Positions 53,893-64,000 of a DNA stretch of 64,000 nucleotides are shown piece by piece. The stretch's first letter is position 1, and every line of letters begins with the position of its first letter. Origin of the DNA: the human T2T-CHM13v2.0 reference genome, Homo sapiens; assembly GCF_009914755.1 (NCBI RefSeq), contig NC_060939.1, one strand, 5' to 3'. A program made the translations under genes and the position numbers. The notes under the pieces were generated by a model, which worked only from the letters and a program-made list of their open reading frames with translations, was not told the DNA's origin and made no database searches.

Positions 53893-54544
53893 TAAATGAC
53901 TCTGTCTTGCTTCTAAACTTTTAAGCAGTCCTTGTTCCTTCCTGGGCATAAGCTAAACTAACTTTTGGAGGAACTTACTCTACAGTTTATAGTTTAAAAC
54001 AAAGACAGTAACAGCCCTTTCTCAACACAAACCTCTTTCTTACCTGGAGACTAGACTGTGTTTGTAGGACTAACAAATTAGCCACATGATTAGAAATTAT
54101 GGCTTAGGAGTCATGCAGCTGGAGGCTACAAGATTCTGACCCTCCCTAAACTGCTCCAAAGATCAGTGCTTGAGGTATTTTGCAGCCCCTGCACTTGATG
54201 GATCAGCTGGCACAACCCTGGTGGATAAACTGCCTGATCTGATCTTGTGGCCTCCACCTAGGAACTGAGTCAGCATAAGAGGACAGCTTGGACTCCCTGT
54301 GATTCCATCTCTGATCTGACCAATCAGAACTCCCAACTCACTAGCCTTCCCCCACCCACCAAATTATCCTTAAAAACACTGATACCTGAATGTCCTGGGA
54401 GACTGATTTGAGTAATAATAAAACTCCTCCAGTGTCCTGCACAGCTGGCTCTCCGTGAATTACTCTTTTTATATTGCAATTTTCCTGTCTTGATAAATCA
54501 ACTCTTTTAGGCAGCAGGCAAGGTGAACCCACTAGGTGGTTACA
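53893..54544 (+). mobile_element. LTR8 (HUERS-P1 LTR) lacking its 5' end
   Basis: GGACTAACAAATTAGCCAC...GGAGTCATGCAGCTGGAGGCTACAAGATTCTGACCC...GCAAGGTGAACCCACTAGGTGGTTACA. Confidence 0.85.
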
Positions 54545-55359
54545 CTGTGTGTCATTTTCAGCATAGACTGTCTTCTTGAACATACGTTTATTTTGTCCCA
54601 CCCCAACCCCCAAAGGATGTGGCTAAGAAAAAAAAATAAAATGTCCCAACATATTTTCTTTTTCCTTCTGGATCTCCTTTCCGGAAGCAGGGCGTCAGTG
54701 ACAGGAACATTTTGACTCCAGCTGTTAGTCCCTCTTAGGTCTGTGGAAGCCTCAGAAGGCGTGGCCAGGCCAGGGCATCCTGGCTGAGCACAGGGTTTGG
54801 CACCTCCTCCCTCCCTGGCACTATGGAGACAACTCTGAGTACTGAAAGATGAAACTAACACACCTCAAGGAAGGATACGTACCTCGATGCATGCCACAGA
54901 GACACACTTCCAGGATCTTTTTAAGATCTTACCCATGTTTTCCAAGGAAAAGCAACACAGAACTGAAGTGCCTTCAGTTATTTCAGGTGGGGCTGTCTTG
55001 TACACGGCAGTCAGGGAGAGAGACTGGAAGGCAAGGGAAGGGAACAGCCAGTCCTTCCAGTTAGCAAAGTTCAGGCTCACTGACTGCTTCTAAGTCACTG
55101 CTCACTCACTGCTTCTTAGATTAGAATACCCTGGGAATCAGCTACAATAACCTCAGACAAGGAACCATAAAAACCTGAAATGCACATTGGGTGCCAGCCA
55201 ACAACGAAGCTTGGCTTCCAAGACAAAAAGTTGCTCTTTCTCCTCCTGCTACCTTGGGTGTGCCAGGTTGTAATTTGCAAATGTATTGTCTGGCCCTTAG
55301 GGGTTGGCAGCTAACAATTGTTTGCAGAAGGAGCCTAGCCTAGGAGTGAGAGAGATGCC

Positions 55360-55455
55360 AGCACAAGAGAAACCCACTGACTATGAGCCAGGAAGTGGGC
55401 TGTCACCAGACACCAAACCTGCTGGCGCCTTGATCTGGGACCTCCCATTCTCAGA
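55360..55455 (+). mobile_element. Short MLT1/MST fragment
   Basis: CTATGAGCCAGGAAGTGGGCTGTCACCAGACACCAAACCTGCTGGCGCCTTGATCTGGGACCTCCCA. Confidence 0.65.
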
Positions 55456-58424
55456 CTCGTCAGGGCCACTGTCATCTCCTGAAGCAATCACCACATGTTC
55501 CCATCACAGCTGATGGTGGCAAATAACCCATGCAGAGTACTGAAATGAGCCAGGCTCTGTCTGCCCTCTCGTGTGTAGTCACCTAGTTAATCCTGGCAGC
55601 AGTCCTGGGTTCTCTGCATTTCCAGAGTGCAAGTCCTCCAGTAACCACTGAAATGCTTTCTCAGGAGTTGTCAACTCCTTAAAAACATTTCTCTCTACTT
55701 GGTGCAGAGCACAGTGACACCAGAAACAGGTTTCCCTGGACCCCAGCCCTGGCAATGGCCATGTCACTTCACTCAGGCCCAGGAAGAAGGCAGACTCGGG
55801 TCTCCCGCTGGGCAGCAACACCTAACTTAACCCGGATTTCTCACTTCCTCCCTTCCCCGGCGGAATGCCACCAAGAACCAACCTGACGGTGCCAAGAGGG
55901 CGAATTTCCCCAAAGTCCTCTGAAATATGTTGTCATGATTTGTAACAGGAAGCCGAGCGAGGAGCACAAAGTGCTTCCAGAGACTAGGTGATGGGCCACA
56001 TCCCTGGCCAGTGTGTTGACCCCCTGAACCAAAGTCTCTGCGACCAACACCTTTGCCTGTCTGCCCCAGTTTTCTGAGCATGTGCTCCACTGACACATAT
56101 GCGCCAGGCCGCCAGCCACTCTCGCCTGTACTCCCCCAGCCCCAGCGGAGCTGCCACATGGGCCTCTTGCTCACCAGGTGGAATTTGCCTTTTATCTTGT
56201 GCAGCAGGCTGCAGAACGCGCCCCTCCGCTCCCTCTGTGTGGGGCTGCAAGGGGTCGGGTCCACCACCGAGGCTGCCTTTATGGAGAACCCTGCACTTGT
56301 CCCGAGCCTGAAACCCCCGAATTGCGGGGTCAGGAAGACTGGAAGTGGCACCTGATAGAATGACTTCTTTTCATTTGGGTCCATGCCCAGTGGTGGGATT
56401 GCTAGATTGAATGGTAGCTCTGCTTTTAAAAGTTCATTGAGAAATCTCCATACTGTTTACCATATAGGTTGTACTAATTTACATTCCAACCAAGGGTGTC
56501 TAAGCATTCCCTTTTCACCTCATCCACACCAATGTCTATCATTTATTGACTTTTTCATAATGGTCCTTCTGACTGGGGTAAGATTGGTATCGCATTGTGA
56601 TGTTAATTTGCATTCCCTGATGATCAGTGATGTTGAGCATTTTTTTTTCATATGTTTTCTGGCCATTTGTATGTCTTCTTTTGCCTGTTCATGTCATCTC
56701 CCCACTTTTTAATGGGGTTAGTTATTTTTTTCTTGCTGATTTGTTTGTGTTTCTTGTAGATTCTGAATTAGTCCTTTGTTGGATGGACAGTTTCCAAGTA
56801 TTTTCTCCCATTCTGTAGGTTGTTTCTTTATTCTGTCGATTATTTCTTTTGCTGTGCAGAAGCTTTTCAGTTTCGCTAAGTCCCATTAATTTGTTTTTGT
56901 TGATGTTGTAGTTGCTTTCGGGGTCTTAGGTTTGCCTAGGCCAATGTCTTTACGGTTTCATGTCTTACATTTAAGTCTTTAATCCATCTTGAGTTAATTT
57001 TTATTTATGGTGACAGATAAGGATCCAGTTTCATTCTTCTGCATGTGGCTTATTTCCCAGCACCTTTTATTGAATGGGGTGTTCATTCCTCAGTGTATGT
57101 TTTTGTCTGTTCTGTTGAAAATCAGTTAATTGTAAGTATTTGGCTTCATTTCTGGGGTCTCTGTTCTGTTCCTCTGGTCTGTATGTCTACATTTATACCA
57201 GTATCATGTTAGTGTGCCAGCAGATGTTGTAATGGACTGTGTTGGTTGACCATGGGCCAGAAGGTGGCACTTGCAGGAGAGAGCCAGCTGCAGTCACGGT
57301 GGTGGGATTTATGCTTAACCTTTGTTACCCAGGGGAAGTAGTCAGCTGATGGGAAGTGACACGGAAGTCTGAAAAGTCCCTGTTCCTGTTCTGCTACTAG
57401 GACAGGTAGAGGGGCAAAGCCGAGTGTGGGCTGGGTCAGGAAAGTCCATACTCTGCCTCTCCAAGTGTGGGTGTAAGCAGAAGCCTTAATGGGGGTCAGT
57501 GTACAGTTCCCTGACCACTGGGATAATGTTCCAGGAAGGAGAACACCCTCTGCCACATGAGAGTCTGTACATGGAGAGAGGGGTAGCAAGTGGCAGGTCA
57601 ATTCCCACGACCTTGACACAGAAGGTCTTACACATGCAGACTTCTGCTGGCAAACACCCACGACAGTCAGCTAAGTCTCAGGCAGTCTAGGCTGAGAACA
57701 CAAACCTGCCCCAGGCTGCAAGACTTCCCACTGGAGACTGAAACTGAAACAGTAGCTCTGAGGCCACACCCCTTGATTTGACCTGTGAAGCAGCAGTACC
57801 CAACTCCCATGACCCTGGCACAAGAACGCTTCCTGCATGCCCCTTGGTTCAGGCCTTAAGGGGTTGATCCTCTGCTCAATATTAGATCAAATGCAAATCT
57901 TAGTTGGTCAGCTTCTCCCTCAGTTGGGAGCTTCTTCCAGTGCATGACTGCTGCCTGGGTTACTTGGCTGATTTCTGCAAGATCTTCTATGAATCAGGGT
58001 CAGGAATATCTTCCTTCTGTCCCTGCTGGGATCTGGGAGTGCACACGCAGCACACCCAGGTGCCACTCCTTCTTTCATGGTCCCCTCCTCTCTAAGTCAG
58101 CTCCAGCGCTGGGCAGGGTTAAGGTGCTTCCCTGTGACCTGGACTGCCTGGTTCCCCAGTGGGAATGTATCACAGAGAGAGTCTCCTCCTTTTGCACTCT
58201 GAAGCCTCAATTTCCCATCTGACACATGGTGCAAGTTGCTGCCTGCTGCTCCTTTCAAAGTATCCAAAGATTCTTTCACTTTTTCTGTTGAGTTCCTGTG
58301 ATTGTTGGATACAAATTCACAGTGTGAATCTCTAGATATTGTTTTGCTCTTTCTAAGCAGGTGAGGCACACTAACAAAGTCTCGAATGTTCCATTTTGAA
58401 AAACAAAAAACAAAACAAAACAAA

Positions 58425-61080
58425 AAATGCTCCACTTTATGAGCAGAATGTTTACCAAAAGTTATTTGGAACTTTCATCCTGAAAGTGTCTATTCTCCTC
58501 CAATAATCGTTATATTTGTGCAATCATTTTTATCAGTATGCAAACATGGATATTTCTTTTACTCTTTCCTTCTACTACTTCATTTATTTGTTTAAATTGT
58601 TGCAGTGTTGGCTATTGGAAGGTCTTTCAGTTGGATCGTTTGTCATTTTGAAACACTACCATAATGAAGCTTTGCTGTTGTTATGTGGTTGGTTAGTTGT
58701 TTGCTCTGTTGTTTGGTGCTTTATTTTTTCTGGCACTACTAGGTGCTTAAGCTAATTGTGTGGATTTCCTCACAAGCCTGGTATTAACCATTTTTTCCAC
58801 AGAGCCCTAGTTCTTCTTATTGGAAAATTGAATTAGAAATGGAGATCTGGGCTCTTGGCATATTCATTGCTCCTGGGGCATCTGTTGATTCGTGATCTTG
58901 TGTGCTGACAGAGCAAATACATCTATGTACACTGATTCACACACACACACACAGAAACACACACACACACACACACACAAATATTTTCTCATATATCTGT
59001 ATCTTTAAGTTAAACATGAATTCCTAATAATCCTCCAGCACCCCATGATCTAATCCAGTACCACATGAATCAGCGCACCTATTCCCGCTTACTTGTATGT
59101 AGCCTACCACACTAACAGTGATAAAGATGCTTCTGTTATTTAATCACATAATCCGGAAGACTTGTGTAAGTGGTTTCAGAATTAGAAATGTATATGGCCA
59201 TGAGAAAGAACTTTACCAACTAAAGTTTTTAGGGATAAATCTTTACCCTTTAGACTCAGAATATCCACTTACTTGCTACGTTCCTTGGGTCAGCTGCTTT
59301 TCCCCCACTCCATTCAGTGAGGTTATTTCACTGATGTGTTATTTCATTCCATTATGTGTATAGCCCCATGCTATCTGCTACCTACTGTAGAAGGTTTTTA
59401 ATTTGTATATTTTAAGTTCACCTTTTGTATTATAAAATTATTTAGGATTTGGAAAATATAATCATGTATTTATCATTACAGTATATGATACCAGAATAAT
59501 TTCACTGCCTAGAGCAAATCTGCTGTACCTCACCAGTTTGACCTGCCTCTTTTCCAAGCTCCTAGTAAATACCAAACATTTTAGTATCTCTCTACTTTTT
59601 CACATTGCAGAGTGTCACATAACTGAAATCACACAAAGTATTTTGCCTTTTTAAATTTACTTTTTTTTGCAATATACCCTTTAGATTTGTGAAGTGTATC
59701 TCATGGTTGTTTAGACTTGCATTTTCCTAATGACAAAAGGCTTAGGCCTCATATCATGTGCTTACTAGACGTGACTATAGTATCTTTGGATACATGTCTA
59801 TTCAGATAGTTCACCAATTTGATTGTGATATTTAACTTTTTATTTTGAGTTGTAAAATATTTTATATATTGTGGCTAATATATTCTTTTCTGCTATGTGA
59901 TTGTGAAGATTTTCTTCTATTCTTTGCATTATCTTTTTACCTTTAATCATGTACTTTGAATCTCAGAAGATTTTAATTCTTATAAAGTTAAATATATTCA
60001 TGTTTTTTATTTCCTTTTCTTGGGCTTTAAGTATCCTATCTTAGAAATTATAGGAGTTATTGTTTAACCTAAGACCCAAATTATGTATTTCTATATTATC
60101 TTCTAAGGGTTTGGTCTATTTAGATCTTACATTTGGGTATATGATTATTTTGAGCCAATTATGTATATGGTGTGAGTGAGAAGTTCAACTTCCTTGTGGA
60201 TATTCAATTGTCCTAGCAACATTTGTTACAAATATATTTTTCCATATTGAATTGGCTTGGCAACTTTATAAAATCATTTGACTATAAAGGTAAAGATTAA
60301 TTTTTGGACATTCAATTCTACTATATTCCTTTGATCTGTATGTCCAAGTTTATACTATTATTGAGCCTTTAAATTAAATTATGATGATACTAATTTTTTC
60401 ATGGATGCCCTTTAAAATAAAGAAACTTTTCTTATAGGCTTAATTTGTTGTATACTGTTATCAAAAATGGATTTTGGATTTGTCAGGTGCCTTTCCTGCA
60501 TCTTTTGAGATGATCATATGGCTTTTTTTTTTTATTTTATTGTTATAAGGTATGATACTAATTATTTTGTATGTTAAACCAAATTTGCATTCCTGAGACA
60601 AATACCCTTTTTGATGGTGTATAATTCTTTTTACATTTGCTGATTTGTATTGCTAGCATTTTATTGAAGACATTTACCCTTTATTTATAAAACATATTGG
60701 TCTTAATTTTTCTTTCTTGAAAGGTCTTGCTTTAGTTGTAATATCAGTGTAAACTAACTAATAGTATACATCAGAAAGTGATCTCTTCTCCACTTTTACT
60801 GTTGTTTAAGTGTTTATGAAGAGTTTGTGATAGATTGTTATTAATTATTTTCAGGTTTGGAATAGTTCACCAGTGAAGTCATCTCAACCAGCACAGGGCC
60901 TTGACTCCTAACAACAATCACACGAACTTGGAAGAGGATCCTTCCCCAGCTGAAACTTCACTTGAGACCTTCTCATTGGCCATCATCGACATCTGGATTC
61001 ATGATACAGAGAAACTGTGAGTAAGAGCCACTTAGTATGTGAGAATTTATTATTCAGTAATAAATAATACACCTGGCAGT
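58425..61080. mobile_element. Old antisense L1M run with (CA)n at 58938-58979, followed by an MLT1 3' part at 60895-61075 (module C, copy 3)
   Basis: Collinear with 37110-38268 plus 41264-42797, and with 18400-20283. Confidence 0.7.
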
Positions 61081-63207
61081 CAATGCAATGTGTTATCCTG
61101 GACAGAAAAATGACATTACTTAAAAGCCGAGTAAAATATGGAAAAAGCCTATACTTCAATAAATAGTTTTGTGCCAACTATTTTTTAGGGCTCATGGATA
61201 CATAATCTATTACATTGCATGTAATCCAAAGATATCTAAGCTTTCTCTACTATCTGTGCATATTTCTGTGTATTTAAAATTATTTCAAAGAAAAAATGTT
61301 TTTGAAGAAAGCATTAAATGTGTTATGAAAATAACTCCAAAGCACAAACAGAATACCTTCAGCTCAGGAGATGAAAGGGCACGTAGAGAGAGAATAGCAA
61401 AGCATCTTTCCATATCGATTTACCAACTGGAACACAGGTACACTTGCTTCAGGAAGATCCCCCCAAGATCCAGAGACTCGTCCTCTTTCATCTTCTTCAT
61501 CATATTCTGCATTTTTCAGTCACCAGTTTTAGCATCTGGTGCTAACTACGTAACCAGTTTTTGAAAGACAGATGCCTATTACTTGCATGTCTCAAAAAGC
61601 CCCATTTTCAGATATTATTTAGCAGGACTCCAACAAACAGACCAGAATTTATTGAGAGCTTGCACTGAGGAGTGCCTTAATTCCAACACGACTATGTTGA
61701 CAACACATCCTCTTGTGAGTGAAGCATTCATACAGAATGAGTCGCTGAAACTCAATAACACATGTCTACTGTACAAGAAAGGTAATAGTCAATATAATGC
61801 TCTAAAATTATTCTGGGGACATAGGGGACATGTGTCCAAGATTTATGAGATGTGAGCAGCCAAGAGAGCGTGAACACTGATATTTTACAAGTGCTCCAAA
61901 TCAGTAGATGGGCATTTGATTTTCCAGTTAGGGCTGCAGTCAGGGTCTCTTGGCTTCAATACTGTACATGGAGAGTTTCAATGACAGATCTTGGTTAAAA
62001 TAACAAAAATAATAACAACCCCTCATCTATGATATTGCAGCCTGGCACCATTTAACTTAATTTTACTGCATATAAATAGCAACCCTATACTCCATGCAAA
62101 CTAGAATGGCAGTGCAATTGATGTAGTGAAGAAAGTGACAAATTATTTTCCAAATATAAAGCAAACTTAAGGTTTTATAGGAAAACAAATGGAGGTAAAA
62201 ATATTTTTAATCTTTATTTTTCTGATAATTTTGTTCTGCTCTTATAAATAGAAACCTCCACTTTCTTTATTTTATAATATAGTGAGTTTATCAGCCACAT
62301 GTATGAAAATTGTATAGTAAGAGTAGGTATGTGTCCACTTGGTTGGTTTATTCGACTTATACACATCATTTACTTTATCTCGAATGGTTATTTTTTAAGC
62401 CTTGGTTTTGGTACAACATGTAAAGGCGTCAGTCTTTGTACAATATTAAATCTTCATTCAAGTAACTTTTCTTTGTGTCTTTGCCTTTGTTTCTGCGTTG
62501 CTCCTGTACTTCTGTGAACCATATTTCAGTGAGTAATGATGACAATAGCAGTCCAGCCTGCATGGATGCTGACATGGATGCTGTCTCCCATTCTTACCAC
62601 TGGATGTCAAGAAATGCTAGATGCGATCCAGCCAGTCTGTACTCGACTCTCAGTTCCATCTTCTCAACTCACAGTGTCTTCCAAAGTCCATGCCACACCA
62701 CAGCCTGGAAGATCTCCCAAGGTGGTATCTTGAGGCAATGGTAGAGCTCATGTCACAGTATTGTATGCCTCAGGTATCACTGTCCTTCACTCTTTGATAT
62801 AATCTCTCTACAAACCATTGTTCCATACACTTTGCCCCTTTTGTGTTTGTTTATACATGTGGTATGGCATGTCTAAACCTCACAGTGAGGATATTAGAAT
62901 AGGGTTCTGCATATCTAGAGGTGTGGATCATTGGAAAGCATCTTAGAACCTACCTGCCACATCAGGCCCTGTCTAATCTGTATCAGTTTCTGGGTCTTCA
63001 CTTATTTTTTTGCCCTTGATCTTAGTGAAAAGAACTTGTCAGGTGTTCCATAGGATGTATCACAATATGGATTTGTTATATTTTTTCATAATTTGAGTAA
63101 GATTAAACATTCATTTATACACGTATTTATCTAAAGTAGAAGATAAAAAATATCTGAACAATATATTATTTAGAAATACAAATTTAGAAAATAATAATGA
63201 AGAACGA

Positions 63208-63367
63208 GGCTTGGCACAGTGGCTCATGCCTGTAATCCCAGCAATTTGGGAAGCTCAGGTGGGTGGATCACTTGAGGCCAGGAGTTTGAGCCCAGCCTAA
63301 GTAACATGGCGAAACCCCATCTCTACTAAAAATACAAAAATTAGCCAGGGGTGGTGGTGCATGCCTG
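63208..63367 (+). mobile_element. AluS truncated at the start of the right arm
   Basis: Left arm and linker, ending abruptly at ATGCCTG with no tail. Confidence 0.85.
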
Positions 63368-64000
63368 AATGTTTCATATATTCTGGATAATAGTCTCCTA
63401 ACAGTTATATGACTTGAGAATATCTTCTTCCGTTATTTCAGTTGTCTTGATGGTGTACTTTGCATCTTAAAAGGTATTGATCCACATGAAGTTCAATGTA
63501 TCTATTTTTTTTTCTGTCACTTGTACTTTTGTGTCACATGTTAGAATCCATTGTTTCACGTAAGGCCATGAAAATCTATTTTTATGTTCTCTTCTGTGGG
63601 ATTTTTAGTTTTAGCTCTTACATTTAGCCACATATTCTATTTTGAGTCAAATACATATATGGTGCAGGAAACAGTTTAACTTGCATGTGGATATCCCTTT
63701 CTCCCAGCAACTTTTGTTGAAAAACTATTTTTTCATCTTGAATTAATTTTTCAACCTTGAAAATAAGTTTGCCCTATATATAAAGATTGATTTGGGGTGC
63801 TCAACTCTATTCTGTTGGCTTATATGTCTTTCCTCATGTTATGTGAGTTTTCCATGGATGCTCTTTGTAGATTTAGAAAGTTTTCTTCTATGCCTAATTT
63901 TCCCAGAGCTTTTATCATGAATGGGTTTGGAATTTGTCAAATGCCTATTCTGTGTCTTTAGAGGTGACCATGAGTCTTTTTAAAAAATTCTATTAGTATA
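63368..64000 (-). mobile_element. Old L1M fragment, a probable further copy of module C
   Basis: Similar to 59860-60520, apparently including the same L1-internal deletion before CATGGATGC. Confidence 0.6.

Larger units (their letters stand above)
53535..56352 (-). pseudogene. Retroposed non-coding or unspliced transcript ending in an Alu tail
   Basis: Flanked by TSD TG(G/A)TAGAATGACT. It has a CpG-rich 5' end, internal MLT and LTR8 pieces, and a co-oriented Alu at the 3' end. Confidence 0.7.
53020..58395 (-). mobile_element. Internally deleted L1PB: 3' end 53020-53534, ORF2 end 56353-57208, 5' UTR 57209-58395; split by a 2.8 kb insert
   Basis: The L1 sequence is continuous across TAGAATGACT at 53525-53534 and 56356-56365. 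The flanking older L1MC-type sequence resumes after ~58425. Confidence 0.8.

Noticed and set aside
55827-56384. Longest ORF in the window (185 aa, minus strand)
   Set aside because: Its ATG lies in flanking L1 sequence outside the insert and it has no recognisable domain. Open frames are expected in GC-rich DNA.
62500-62730. Coding-looking unique stretch with a CATGGATGCTG direct repeat
   Set aside because: No recognisable protein in any frame, no TSD or poly(A), and no clear splice sites.

Overview
Primate genomic DNA (catarrhine, most likely human: AluJ/S/Y, L1PB/L1M, MER11 and LTR10 are present). It is AT-rich, very dense in transposable elements, and has no intact protein-coding gene. 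The only protein-like ORFs are decayed retroviral fragments. Main ERV content: a MER4 provirus (2916-8470, -), an LTR47/ERVL47-type provirus (9499-~13115, +), a defective class I ERV with gag-pro-pol-env (23874-~31450, -), a related LTR+env remnant (35448-~36990, -) and a full MST MaLR element (38269-41263, -). Beneath the TEs, the window is a mosaic of anciently duplicated modules, each present 2-3 times. Comparing these paralogs and their target-site duplications (TSDs) exposes two non-TE retroposed inserts. One is an ~0.8 kb polyadenylated mRNA 3' end at 18833-19645. The other is an ~2.8 kb unspliced copy of a CpG-island-derived transcript ending in an Alu tail, at 53535-56352. There is also a thrice-repeated, CpG-decayed promoter-like element, a 67-nt MLT1-derived candidate exon conserved in two copies, and a CpG island near 47 kb. 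The architecture recalls the 15q11.2 PWRN/SNRPN-upstream duplications, but that placement is from memory and unverified. TE subfamily names are recognised by eye, and boundaries without TSDs are approximate.
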